NCBI GenBank assembly: GCA_017464805.1
Contig: JAFTYE010000014.1
Location: 8,476-72,475 of the forward strand
Origin: Clostridia bacterium
Lineage (GTDB): Bacteria > Bacillota > Clostridia > Oscillospirales > CAG-272
Direction of reading: 5' to 3'
Length of the DNA: 64,000 bases
Positions 16,461 to 26,343 of the stretch are shown here, piece by piece. The position numbers were made by a program, and so were the translations under genes. Position 1 is the stretch's first letter; each line of letters starts with the position of its first letter. The notes under the pieces are model-generated. The model saw nothing but the letters and a program-made list of their open reading frames with translations. It was not told the DNA's origin and made no database searches.

Positions 16461-17041
16461 TTTCCTGCCTCCTTTCTTTTCACAAGTCGGGAGAGTAGAT
16501 AGGCGAACACGCCGACCGCACCGCAGATGAGGACGTAGAAGACGGTGGAGAAGCTAACCGCAAAGACAGAAAAGGCGATCAAGCAGATCATAACGACGAT
16601 GAAGATCACAATAGAGAGAGGCGTTTTTTCGATGCCCTTCAGCATTTTATACCCTGCCGAGAAGATAAGGTAGACCACGCAGGCCTGGATGCCGCGGAAG
16701 GCATTTGCGACAAGGGTAAGTGAAAGGAAGGCATCAAAAAACAGGGAGATCAGATAGATGATAACAAAGGACGGAATACAGACGGCAATCGTAGCCGAAG
16801 CAGAACCGAGGACCCCTGCCATCTTGTACCCGATATAGGTGGCCGAGTTGATAGCGATAGGTCCCGGGGTGGATTCCGCAATGGCGACCATATCGAGAAA
16901 TTCTTCCTTTTCCATCCAGCCGCGCTTGGAAACAAATTCGTTTTCCAGCAACGCGAGCATGGCATAGCCACCGCCGAAGGTGAAAAGCCCTATTTTCATC
17001 ATGGTGAGAAACAGGGTCAGGGTTGTTTTCATTTTAGACAT
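16457..17041 (-). CDS. Chromate transporter (CHR) family protein, half-size, first subunit
   Basis: FGGGYAML motif, about 194 aa and multi-TM. Confidence 0.8.
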   Translation of the reverse strand: MSKMKTTLTLFLTMMKIGLFTFGGGYAMLALLENEFVSKRGWMEKEEFLDMVAIAESTPGPIAINSATYIGYKMAGVLGSASATIAVCIPSFVIIYLISLFFDAFLSLTLVANAFRGIQACVVYLIFSAGYKMLKGIEKTPLSIVIFIVVMICLIAFSVFAVSFSTVFYVLICGAVGVFAYLLSRLVKRKEAGK

Positions 17042-17054
17042 AGCAAAACCGTTC

Positions 17055-18071
17055 CTAACTGATTGTATTCCCCCTTATTTTACCACGCTTTTGTTTGGGT
17101 GTCAAGACGCAAATGTCCTCATTGTGTGCCAGAGGAACGGTAAAAAGGGCAGACGAGTCGAGGGGGGCATCCGCAAGGCGCACGGCAGAAATTCGGTGGT
17201 TTTCATGGGTTGTAAAATAATACGTTCCCTCTGTCGTATCGGCACACGCGGCATAGACGGTAAGGACATCCTTGCCATCCTCGCTCTTAACGCAGCCGCG
17301 AGGAATAGAAACGGCATCCATGATATGAAAAAAGCGATCGATCTCCCCTACCTTTTCGGGGGCGGGCGTTGTATGATTTTTGAGAAAGACAGCACGGACA
17401 AAACGTGAAAACGACGAGAAATCTCCGGGCAGACCAATTCCGCCCATGCCACGGGAATACCGTTTCATGGGAATATCCGGACACAGGTGATTTTTGGGAG
17501 TGCGGGAGGAAAGATGAGCATGATCGGCAAGAAAGGTCGTGTGATACGGAAAGGGAGGATTATTTGTCATGACACCGAAGGGATTATCGTAGACGATAAG
17601 TCCTTCGGCCGTCGACTCAAGGGTAATGGCTTCCCTTTTGTCGGTTATAAGCCAATGAAGAGGTGTGCTTTGTAAAGTGGAGCTGAAATGGTCGGGGGTG
17701 ATGTTGGTATGCGCGAGCAATTGTCTTGCGTCGCCGACCGTTTCGCATCGGGAGAGAAGCCACGGGATCAGCTCAAAGGATGCCACGTTATAGCGGTCTG
17801 ACTTTGGGGAATGATAGACGGCATTTTGCGGAAAGTTCAGCCCTGCAATGGTAAGGCCCTTTTCATTCATGGCATCGTAATACAATGGCGCACCGTCCGA
17901 AACTATACCGATGCCAATGATGGCATGGTGCTTAAATATTGATTTTTCGTGTATAAATTCAAGGCAGAACCATTTCGGCATGATAATGACCTCCTCGCCG
18001 TAAGAATATTCCAGATCCAACGTGCGGCCAAAGAGGTGGGAGGGATCGCAGAGGCTGATGGCAGTACACAT
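17055..18071 (-). CDS. Choloylglycine hydrolase family Ntn-hydrolase (bile salt hydrolase / penicillin V acylase type)
   Basis: The mature N-terminus is MCTAIS, giving a Cys2 nucleophile. GRTLDLE, AGLNF, TNNPPF and SRGMGG blocks are present. I chose the internal ATG at 18071 over the 18122 start. Confidence 0.8.
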   Translation of the reverse strand: MCTAISLCDPSHLFGRTLDLEYSYGEEVIIMPKWFCLEFIHEKSIFKHHAIIGIGIVSDGAPLYYDAMNEKGLTIAGLNFPQNAVYHSPKSDRYNVASFELIPWLLSRCETVGDARQLLAHTNITPDHFSSTLQSTPLHWLITDKREAITLESTAEGLIVYDNPFGVMTNNPPFPYHTTFLADHAHLSSRTPKNHLCPDIPMKRYSRGMGGIGLPGDFSSFSRFVRAVFLKNHTTPAPEKVGEIDRFFHIMDAVSIPRGCVKSEDGKDVLTVYAACADTTEGTYYFTTHENHRISAVRLADAPLDSSALFTVPLAHNEDICVLTPKQKRGKIRGNTIS

Positions 18072-18129
18072 AGGGCTACTCCTTCTGTTTTTCTTTATTG
18101 TGCCGCAAACGGAAGGAAGCATACAAAAA

Positions 18130-18156
18130 AGAACCGAAGCCGTCGGCTTCGGTTCT
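18130..18156. terminator. Bidirectional terminator after the sugar operon
   Basis: AGAACCGAAGCC-GTC-GGCTTCGGTTCT flanked by A6 and T6 runs. Confidence 0.8.
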
Positions 18157-18169
18157 TTTTTGCTTTAGT

Positions 18170-19006
18170 TTATTTACCGAGAGAGAACATTTCCATGGCG
18201 TCCTTGACATTTGCCTTGATGCCACGGATAGCGGCCTTTTCCATATCATGCCAATAGGTCTGGTCTTCCATGGCCTTGACGGCATCGGCACCTGCCTTTG
18301 CCATGTAAGCGTAGTAGTTGACCTTGCGGATACCGATGCGAATCACACGCTCGAAATCCTCACGGCTGACACCGCTACCGCCGTGCATAACCAGCGGCAC
18401 GTCCACCAACTCCTTGATTTTGGCAAGGCGGTCGAAGTCGAGCTTGGGCTCTTTGAGGTAAATGCCATGCGCCGTACCGAAGGCACAGGCGAGAGCATCG
18501 ACGCCGGTCTCACGGACGAACTTGGCCGCTTCCTCGGGGTCGGTATAGATGCTACCACCATCCATGGCATCACCGGACTCACGCGTACCCATCGAGCCGA
18601 CCTCGGCTTCCACAGATGCGCCGTACTTGTGGGCAAGCTCTACCACGTATTTGGTGTTTTTGTAGTTTTCCTCGGGGGAAAGAGCCGAACCATCATACAT
18701 CACGGCGGTGAAGCCGAGCTCCAGGCCACGCTTGATGTATTCCAGATCCTCACCGTGGTCCAGCATGGTGCAAACCGGCACCTTTGCTCTTTCGGCGAAG
18801 AAGCGCATGATGGGAGCGACCTCTTCCATAATGGCAACGTCCTGCTCCTCATGGATCTGGGCGTGCATCAGGATAACGGGCTTGTTCAGCTCCTCGGCGG
18901 CGGCAATGATCGCCTTGGCGTTGACAAGGCTGGGGACGTTGAAGGCACCGACGGCGTAGCCGCCCTCATCGGCGATCTTCAGAATTTCCTTCATGGTAAC
19001 TAACAT
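18170..19006 (-). CDS. Class II ketose-bisphosphate aldolase family protein
   Basis: YAVGAFNV N-terminus and LDHG metal-site block; 278 aa. Confidence 0.8.
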   Translation of the reverse strand: MLVTMKEILKIADEGGYAVGAFNVPSLVNAKAIIAAAEELNKPVILMHAQIHEEQDVAIMEEVAPIMRFFAERAKVPVCTMLDHGEDLEYIKRGLELGFTAVMYDGSALSPEENYKNTKYVVELAHKYGASVEAEVGSMGTRESGDAMDGGSIYTDPEEAAKFVRETGVDALACAFGTAHGIYLKEPKLDFDRLAKIKELVDVPLVMHGGSGVSREDFERVIRIGIRKVNYYAYMAKAGADAVKAMEDQTYWHDMEKAAIRGIKANVKDAMEMFSLGK

Positions 19007-19012
19007 GGCGAT

Positions 19013-19978
19013 TTATACCTCTGTAAAAATAAATTGCAGGTGATGGGTCTTGGATGCGCCGGGAGCGAGGAATTCCAGTATTCCCTTCTCGCGCATCACG
19101 TTTCTACCGTCGGGCAGGCAGTTGCCGGGCTCCAGGCCCATGACGTACTCGTACTCACCCATCATCTTCCATTGGGTGAAGTAGGGCAACTCAGCGGTGT
19201 CATAAGCAATGGTCAAGCCCTTGCCGATCTCGGGATTTTTGATGGATACCTGCGTTTTCCCCGAGAGCTTATGATAGAAGCACATTTCCTCGTAGCCGCT
19301 CTGGGGCACCTCGCATACGAGGCAGGTGGGAATACCCTCCTTTGCGTGCTCGTTACGGGGAGCTACGTCGATAGACGGAATGTCAATGACCGCCTTTTCC
19401 GACAAAAGCGGATAGCCCATATTACAATGGTAAAGCACCTCAAGGGGAGATTCGGAGGAGCCAATGTTTTTCACGGTATCGGTGAGTGTAATCTCATTCT
19501 TATCGAGCGAGACGATGTATTCTCTTTCCATCACTAGCTGACGACCGAAGATGGCGGCATCACGGATGATGGCCTTGATGTGAATACCGTCCTCGGCTAC
19601 CCAATGGCCTACGCTTTCGGCGGGGGTGTTGGAAATGGTGCCGTGAAGCGGTAGATCCTCGCCTGCGTCGGTGCAGGGGCTACCGACCGCAGTCAGACCG
19701 CAGGTGGTAAAGAAGCCTGCCGTGAAGGATTTGAGGAAGCCTGCGCCTTTATCGTCATAGTACTGGGGGGATACGTAGCCACAGGGGGCAAAGTAACCGA
19801 AGTTATCGCCCTTGAGCGTCAGGCGAGAGATATCCGCACAACGGTCGAGCGATACCCAGAATTCAAGGCCGCGGCCGTTGCGAACGCAAAGCATTCTCAT
19901 GCCATCACCCTTGCCGCCGACAAGACGGAGCTCGTCTACGCCGTAGGTTTGCTGTTCATGTCCGACGTACTTATTCAT
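19013..19978 (-). CDS. Aldose 1-epimerase-like (DUF4432-type) protein
   Basis: The size and N-terminal pattern (LRLVGGKGDGMRML..NGRGLEF) are as in DUF4432 mutarotase-like proteins as I recall them. Confidence 0.55.
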   Translation of the reverse strand: MNKYVGHEQQTYGVDELRLVGGKGDGMRMLCVRNGRGLEFWVSLDRCADISRLTLKGDNFGYFAPCGYVSPQYYDDKGAGFLKSFTAGFFTTCGLTAVGSPCTDAGEDLPLHGTISNTPAESVGHWVAEDGIHIKAIIRDAAIFGRQLVMEREYIVSLDKNEITLTDTVKNIGSSESPLEVLYHCNMGYPLLSEKAVIDIPSIDVAPRNEHAKEGIPTCLVCEVPQSGYEEMCFYHKLSGKTQVSIKNPEIGKGLTIAYDTAELPYFTQWKMMGEYEYVMGLEPGNCLPDGRNVMREKGILEFLAPGASKTHHLQFIFTEV

Positions 19979-21443
19979 CGTATGCCTCCTTTACGATCCC
20001 TCGAACAGAGGAGTAAATGCTTCTGTATGCTTTGTAATACTTAGCATAGGTGGCCGAGCGAGCGGAATCGGGTAGGTAGGTCTCCTTCTCCTTCACGAAG
20101 TATTCCTTCGCTTCAAAGAGATCCTTATACAGACCGATCGCCACGCCGACCATCATACAGGTACCGCATGCACCCGCTTCCTTGGCAAGAAGAGCCGTGA
20201 CGGGGCGGTTCAGGATATCAGCCTTGATCTGCAACCAAACAGGACTGGACGCGCCGCCGCCCGTAGCCATCAATCGCTTCGGCTTGATGCCGAAGGATTC
20301 AAGATGCTCTACGTTGGTCATGATCTCGTAGGTCACGCCCTCCATCAGTGCCTTGTAGAGGTGCGCGCCCGTATGTTCAAGCGTTAAACCGATCATGGCA
20401 GCGCGAGAGCCGTTATCCATATAGGGATTGGCCGCGCCTGCGAAGTGCGGCAAAACAAGAATGCCCGTGGGATTGACTGGTGCGTTCTCGTCGAGCTTGG
20501 CATAGGATTTTTCGGCGGACAGATTATCGCGGAACCATTTGATGACCGCGCCGCCGGTAAAGGACAGGGCGTAGCAGACGTAGGTACCATCAAAGACGAA
20601 CGGCACGACCGAGTACCCTTCCTCGTAAAGCGTTTCGTTTTCGGGGATCGCATCAAACACGGGGGTCACGCATTCGACCGTACCCGTGCCGTCTACTGCC
20701 TGACCGACCTCCAACACCCCTGCGCCAACGGCGGCAGCCACCTGGTCATGTGCACCATTTACAATCTTGATGGTGCTTTTAATGCCAAGGGCAGCAGCAA
20801 TTTCGGGTTTCAGCTCGCCTGCCACATGGAAGGCGGGAACGGGGGTCGAAAGAAGTGATTCGTCAATGCCTGCGGCATCGAGGATCTCACGGCTCCAGCA
20901 CTTTTTGCGGATGTCCAGTGCCATGGTGCGCGCGGCCAGCGAATAGTCAATACAAGCGGCACCCGAAAGGAGATATACGATGTAGTCCTCCATGAGCATA
21001 ACACGCTTGATCTTAGCGAATACCTCGGGGCGGTGGTTCTTGATCCACATGAGCTTGGGAAGGCTATACATCTGATGAGGCTTGACACCTGCAATGTAGG
21101 TAAGTCTGTCCTCGCCGAGTGCGGCGCACAAGGCACGGCATTCCTCTTCCCCGCGGGGGTCGGTGTAGAGCATGGAGGGGAGGAGGACTTGGTCCCGTTC
21201 ATCCAGTGCCACGAAGGTCTCGCCGAAGGTGGTCACGCCGATGGCGGCGATCTCGTACTTCTCTGCCGTGTCGGCGATAACGGCCGAGACAGCGGAGAAG
21301 ATCACGGAAGCATCGATCTCATGCTCGCCGCCACGACGGCTGACCTCATATTCCTTGTAGGAGTTATATACGAAATTTCCCTTATCGTCGTAGGAGGTGA
21401 GCTTGCACCCCGTCGTACCGACATCAAGTCCGCATAAAATCAT
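19971..21443 (-). CDS. FGGY-family carbohydrate kinase
   Basis: GLDVGTTGCK N-terminus and ATGGGA C-terminal block; 490 aa. Confidence 0.85.
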   Translation of the reverse strand: MILCGLDVGTTGCKLTSYDDKGNFVYNSYKEYEVSRRGGEHEIDASVIFSAVSAVIADTAEKYEIAAIGVTTFGETFVALDERDQVLLPSMLYTDPRGEEECRALCAALGEDRLTYIAGVKPHQMYSLPKLMWIKNHRPEVFAKIKRVMLMEDYIVYLLSGAACIDYSLAARTMALDIRKKCWSREILDAAGIDESLLSTPVPAFHVAGELKPEIAAALGIKSTIKIVNGAHDQVAAAVGAGVLEVGQAVDGTGTVECVTPVFDAIPENETLYEEGYSVVPFVFDGTYVCYALSFTGGAVIKWFRDNLSAEKSYAKLDENAPVNPTGILVLPHFAGAANPYMDNGSRAAMIGLTLEHTGAHLYKALMEGVTYEIMTNVEHLESFGIKPKRLMATGGGASSPVWLQIKADILNRPVTALLAKEAGACGTCMMVGVAIGLYKDLFEAKEYFVKEKETYLPDSARSATYAKYYKAYRSIYSSVRGIVKEAYDE

Positions 21444-21446
21444 GGT

Positions 21447-22850
21447 TTAGTCCTCGATGCTCACGACATCGTAGCCGAGATAATACTTGAAGGCCTCTTC
21501 CAGGATCATCTTGACATGGCCGTTTGCAACGGTGGTGTGGTGCTTGAAGCCACCGCGGGCAAGCTTGATGAGCTTCTTCTGCAGGTTGTCGATCTTGGCA
21601 ACACCGCCGCAACCGAAGAATTCCTTTTCGATGTCCTCGCCGGTAAACTCACCCTCGCTGAAATAGATGGTGATCTTGCCGTCCTCGGTCTTGCAGTTCG
21701 AGAAGGTCATGGGGAATGCGGCGATTCTACCCTCGTTGGTGCCCCAACCGCTTCCGGGATCACCCTTATCGAACATCTTGTGGGAGGTAACGGTTCCCTT
21801 GCCTGCCATTAGCTTCTGTGCGGTGGAGCCGCAGTGGAAGAGGATGACCTTATCGGGATCATCACCGTAGTTGTTGTTCCAATCAAGGCAAGCAGCAGGG
21901 CCCTGGGTCGCAAGGGACAGGGCGCGCATAGTGATGGCGGAGCACATGTCGATCTCGCAGGATGCCACGATACCGCGGTCATTCAGCTCGCTGAGCAGGA
22001 CGCAGGGGCAAACGCGCAGATAGGTCTCCATCTCGTTCCAGCAACGCAGGGCGATGGCGTCGAGGTGGTAGGTTTCAATGTACTCATCGATGACCACGCT
22101 GATTTTGGCCAGCATGTTCTTTTTGTCCTCGGGGACGTTCGAGAAGTCGGTGTAGGCTTCCAGAGCTTTTTTCTTGGCAACGACCTTGGCGTCGTCATCA
22201 GCCTTGGCGCGAACGAACTCAAAGAGCTCGGACAGATCGAAGCACTCGACGTTGATGCCGTGACGCTGCATGGTCAGTTCATCAAAGCGGACGGTCTTGA
22301 ACGCGGTAGTTCTGGCACCGATACAGCCGATGGTAAAGCGTTTCATGCCGTTTACAACGCGGCAGATCGCGGCGAAATCATGCAAATTTTTGGTAAAAGC
22401 GGGAGTCAGGGGATGTACGACGTGGGGGGGCATGACGGTGTAAGGCAGACGATACTGCTCAAACACGTCGGTCACGGAAAACTTACCGCAGTAAGCATCA
22501 CGGCGGTGCTGGAAGTCCATTTTGCCGATCTCATCGGGATATGCCTGCATCAAAATCGGAACACCGGCGTCCTGCAGGGCGGCGATAGCACCGTTTTCGT
22601 CAATGAAGATGGGCATACAAAGGATGACGCCGTCGTATTCTCCCTCATGAGATTTCAGCCAATCGTGATAGAGGCGGCCCTCATCGCGGGTTTCGACTGC
22701 ACCGTAGCGCGTCAACTTCTCGTCCATAACCAGGACATCGTAGCCGGCATCGGTCACGGCCTTGATCATGTCGGTGCGGGCACCGGCGATCAGCTCTGCG
22801 GGCATGAAGCCACGGTTACCAAAGTACAGGGCGAAGGTTTGTTTTTTCAT
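21447..22850 (-). CDS. L-fucose/L-arabinose isomerase family protein
   Basis: About 467 aa with a family-typical N-terminal Rossmann-like half (ALYFGNRGF...). The ATG at 22850 lies 8 nt after AAGGAG. Confidence 0.7.
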   Translation of the reverse strand: MKKQTFALYFGNRGFMPAELIAGARTDMIKAVTDAGYDVLVMDEKLTRYGAVETRDEGRLYHDWLKSHEGEYDGVILCMPIFIDENGAIAALQDAGVPILMQAYPDEIGKMDFQHRRDAYCGKFSVTDVFEQYRLPYTVMPPHVVHPLTPAFTKNLHDFAAICRVVNGMKRFTIGCIGARTTAFKTVRFDELTMQRHGINVECFDLSELFEFVRAKADDDAKVVAKKKALEAYTDFSNVPEDKKNMLAKISVVIDEYIETYHLDAIALRCWNEMETYLRVCPCVLLSELNDRGIVASCEIDMCSAITMRALSLATQGPAACLDWNNNYGDDPDKVILFHCGSTAQKLMAGKGTVTSHKMFDKGDPGSGWGTNEGRIAAFPMTFSNCKTEDGKITIYFSEGEFTGEDIEKEFFGCGGVAKIDNLQKKLIKLARGGFKHHTTVANGHVKMILEEAFKYYLGYDVVSIED

Positions 22851-22965
22851 AAAGCGCACTCCTTATAAAAAATATTTTACACTTGTATTTTATCATACTT
22901 CATGTTATAATTAAAGTCAATAACGTCAAAAAAACTGTAAAATCATCCGACGAGGTGGGAAAATT

Positions 22966-23796
22966 ATGGCATTATGGTTTCACGAGACCGAGCTGCTCAA
23001 GCTCATGCAGGATTTTTACACGCTGACGGGCATGCGCATCATCCTCTTTGACGAGCATTACGAGGAGCTGTTCTCTTACCCGCAAAAGGAAAAGACCTTT
23101 TGCTTCTGCCTGCGTGAAAGCCCCGAGTTTGATCAAAAATGCCGTGAAAGCGACGCACGTTCCTTTGGACGGTGCAAGAAAACGGGTGAGGTACATATCT
23201 TTAAGTGCCATGCGGGGCTTACCGAGGCGACTGCCCCGATCACGGAAAACGGTCATATCATCGGATACATGATGTTCGGACAGGTGACGGACAACAAGAA
23301 CAAAGAGGAATTCTTTGAGGAGATGATCGAGCTTTGCCGCACACACGGTGTAGAACGGGACATGGGGCAGGCCATCCGCAAGATCAAGTACCGAAGCGAG
23401 CCGCAGCTTCGGGCCGCAGCTCGCATTCTGGATGCTTATGTGCATTATGTACAGTTAAAAGAGATCGTGCACCCCTCGGGGCAGCTGCTCATCGACTCGA
23501 TCGATCGATTTCTCGACACACATCTATGCGAGGAGATCACGGTGGAACGCATCTGCCGCGAATTCGACATCAGCCGCACGCGCCTGTACGACATCATCCG
23601 TCCATACACCAAGGGCGGCATTGCTTCCTATATCAAGCGAAAGCGGCTGGCCTATGCCAAGCATCTGATCACGACCACGTCCCTCTCGGTTGCCGAGGTG
23701 TCGGATGCCGCGGGTTTTTCGGACTACAACTATTTTCTGCGCATCTTCAAGCAGAGCTACGGGATCTCCTGCGGGAAGCTGCGGAAGAAGAATTAA
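22966..23796 (+). CDS. PocR-domain AraC-family transcriptional regulator
   Basis: N-terminal PocR-like sensor (FCFCLRES..KCRESD..FKCHAGL) and C-terminal AraC HTH (AGFSDYNYFLRIFKQSYG). Confidence 0.8.
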   Translation: MALWFHETELLKLMQDFYTLTGMRIILFDEHYEELFSYPQKEKTFCFCLRESPEFDQKCRESDARSFGRCKKTGEVHIFKCHAGLTEATAPITENGHIIGYMMFGQVTDNKNKEEFFEEMIELCRTHGVERDMGQAIRKIKYRSEPQLRAAARILDAYVHYVQLKEIVHPSGQLLIDSIDRFLDTHLCEEITVERICREFDISRTRLYDIIRPYTKGGIASYIKRKRLAYAKHLITTTSLSVAEVSDAAGFSDYNYFLRIFKQSYGISCGKLRKKN

Positions 23797-23802
23797 GACA
23801 GA

Positions 23803-23831
23803 AAAAGCCTTCCCTGCGTGGGAAGGCTTTT
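23803..23831. terminator. Bidirectional terminator
   Basis: AAAAGCCTTCCC-TGCGT-GGGAAGGCTTTT. Confidence 0.8.
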
Positions 23832-23855
23832 TTTCGATGATGTGCTGTGTAAGCC

Positions 23856-26216
23856 TCAAAATACGTAGCAGATTTCGGAGAATCCGAAGCGTGTAACCGT
23901 CGTGGCGGGCGTGTCCCGCCATGACACGTGCTTCGATGCGGTATCGTAATGTACTGTGTCTCCGAAAACAGGCCCGAGACCGGAGGATTGCAAAATGCAC
24001 AGCTCGGCGGTTTTTCCGCGAAATTGGACGGGTACGGCATAGCGATAGGGAGCGGCGATGCATTCTCCGATCCGCTGTCCGTTCAGATACAGGCAAGTAT
24101 AGAGTGTGCTTCCGTTCAACTCGATTGCTTCGGCCCACTCGGGGATCGAGATCGACGCGCAAAATTCCACCTGTCCATAATCGGAAAAATATTCGCCGAC
24201 CGTGTAGGTTTCCTTTCGGTCCTGCAACACAAGGCGATATATCCGATTCGGGATAATGTCAACCGAAAAGCTCCCGCTTACCAAAACCGAGGGCAAGTAT
24301 TTGTATTCCCCGCCCGATGTGACCGAATGGATGCCGCCGTCCAGCTCGATGGGGGCGGTGCTTTGATAAAATTCCTTCATGCCGCACGGAAGGATGAGGG
24401 CGGGCTTCGCAAGCGTCAAGCGGTCACCGTCGACAAGAGCCTGCGTGTCGGTGCGCACCGAAATCGTAACGAACCTGCTTCCCCGACATTCCAATTCCGA
24501 CAGCGTCGTGTCGTTGAGAAACATCAAGCGGGTGAGATTATCGTTGCGATAATGCAAAGCAAAGTTCTCTTGCAAGGGACACCTGTGCACACGCTCATCA
24601 AACGGCGCCCTCGAGTGCCATACCGCATGTGCGGCAAGGAATACGGCATTTCCGTCAATGACGTAGAGATTGGCCTCACCGAAGAGATTCAGCACGACCA
24701 TCTCTCCATTGTCAAAACGGCGAACGAAGATACCCTCGGGGGTGTTTCCGTTTCGATCGGTCACGTGCAGAGGCTTTTGGAAACGGCGACAGAGTGCTTC
24801 GGGATCCCGGCTGATGCTTCCCTCACAGGAATATTCCATGCTCTCGGTCCAGGAGATCACAGGGATCTCGCCGCAGTCGGTGTCCGCTGTTGCATACTTC
24901 CATTGGATCTGATGGCGGGACAGCGCGTTGAGGAGCGTGGTGAAGCCCGTATCCTTTCCGTGATCATCGGCATAATGCTTGGCGCAGATCGGATAGGGGT
25001 GGCGAATGTAGACGTCAGGGGTGAAATTCATGTCGGCATACTGTGCCGCAAGGGCGGCCTGCTCGGCAAGCAAGCGCATGCCTGCAAAATCCGGTTGTGC
25101 CGCCGTAAAGCAGCTGAAGAAATCGGTGATATGAAAATTCCCCCGCATATCCAGCGGCGAGATCGCTAAAAAATATCGGTTTATCCCGAAGCAGGATGAA
25201 AGGAAGATGGCACACAGGCGTTTGCTGTACGTCATATCGCAGGGGCCCAGCGCGAACAGCTCAATCATAGCCCCGTGATCGCCGCGGGCATACTGTGCAG
25301 CGGCCAGCAAGGAAAGCTGCCCTTCGCTGTGCAGGTCGGTGTAGATATCATCCAAACCCGGCATCATAAAGCCCGAGAGATTTGTAAGAAAATCTCCATT
25401 GGCCTTGGTCGAGTAGAAGGGGGTATCGTCGCACCAAAGATGCCCTGTCATCACAATACCGTGTGCACGGCACCAGTCCGACAGCCTATCGATATAACAG
25501 GTCTTGAAGCGACTTGAGAACAAGGACACGCTATTTGAATAAAAATCCTCATGACCATTCTTCATGTCCTCGTCAAAATCACGGTGACAGAGGCATCGGT
25601 AATCCTCCTTGATCCCGTCGTAGTACGGCATCAAGCCGTCTTCGATGTCAAACGGTGACGCATGTTCCTCGGTTTCGCCGTTTTTTGCCCGACAGCAGTA
25701 GCCGATACCGGGCTCGTCCGTAAAAATTCCGACGATCACGTCTCCGAAATACTCCGAAAAGCGTTTATAGTATTCCTCATGCGTTAAGGAAATAAAGTAG
25801 TCCACCGCTTTCTCGGACATCAGATCGGGAAAATGCTTTTCTCCGAACAGCTGTGCGTTGTGGTTGGATCGGTCCACGATCTCGCCCATGGCTTTGCCGC
25901 GTGTCTTGATGGCCTTCAGTCTGTATGACGGGATGGCACTGACCTTGCCTGCGGCATCGCCCGACGGCCAATTGAAATCGTCATATAGCCAAACGGCCAT
26001 TCCCCTTTCCCTCGCGCCCTCCAGAAAGAAGCCGATCCGCTCGAACCATTCCTCGCTCCTATACTCCAGCTCACAGCCGGATCGCGGGTACAGGAGAGAT
26101 TGTCCAATGCCGTTTTCTCTCAATTCGTCCAGATAGGCAAAAATTTTTTCCTTGGAGGGCTTGCCCGTAACCGCCGTCATCACGATCAGCGGATTTCTCT
26201 CCAATTTATACTTCAA
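23856..26216 (-). CDS. Putative glycoside hydrolase, family unresolved (TIM-barrel-like N-terminal half, beta-sandwich C-terminal half)
   Basis: AVWLYDDFNWPSGDAAG and later blocks resemble cytoplasmic GH enzymes of Firmicutes. The start is uncertain. TTG at 26216 follows GGTGGGGG; the 26327 start would overlap the divergent AraC promoter region. Confidence 0.5.
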   Translation of the reverse strand: MKYKLERNPLIVMTAVTGKPSKEKIFAYLDELRENGIGQSLLYPRSGCELEYRSEEWFERIGFFLEGARERGMAVWLYDDFNWPSGDAAGKVSAIPSYRLKAIKTRGKAMGEIVDRSNHNAQLFGEKHFPDLMSEKAVDYFISLTHEEYYKRFSEYFGDVIVGIFTDEPGIGYCCRAKNGETEEHASPFDIEDGLMPYYDGIKEDYRCLCHRDFDEDMKNGHEDFYSNSVSLFSSRFKTCYIDRLSDWCRAHGIVMTGHLWCDDTPFYSTKANGDFLTNLSGFMMPGLDDIYTDLHSEGQLSLLAAAQYARGDHGAMIELFALGPCDMTYSKRLCAIFLSSCFGINRYFLAISPLDMRGNFHITDFFSCFTAAQPDFAGMRLLAEQAALAAQYADMNFTPDVYIRHPYPICAKHYADDHGKDTGFTTLLNALSRHQIQWKYATADTDCGEIPVISWTESMEYSCEGSISRDPEALCRRFQKPLHVTDRNGNTPEGIFVRRFDNGEMVVLNLFGEANLYVIDGNAVFLAAHAVWHSRAPFDERVHRCPLQENFALHYRNDNLTRLMFLNDTTLSELECRGSRFVTISVRTDTQALVDGDRLTLAKPALILPCGMKEFYQSTAPIELDGGIHSVTSGGEYKYLPSVLVSGSFSVDIIPNRIYRLVLQDRKETYTVGEYFSDYGQVEFCASISIPEWAEAIELNGSTLYTCLYLNGQRIGECIAAPYRYAVPVQFRGKTAELCILQSSGLGPVFGDTVHYDTASKHVSWRDTPATTVTRFGFSEICYVF

Positions 26217-26343
26217 TTCCGTTACCCCCACCGTTATAAAATACAAAAACAAAGGAAACATCTTGATTTTATCCCTGAAATCTGATAAAATCAATACAGA
26301 AAGCAAAGCAATTTTATCAAAAAACAAAGATTTTGGAGGTCGG

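Noticed and set aside
21834-25169. Plus-strand ORFs 21834..22868 (344 aa) and 23928..25169 (413 aa)
   Set aside because: They are antisense to the isomerase and glycosidase genes. They have no motifs or RBS, so I treat them as shadow ORFs.
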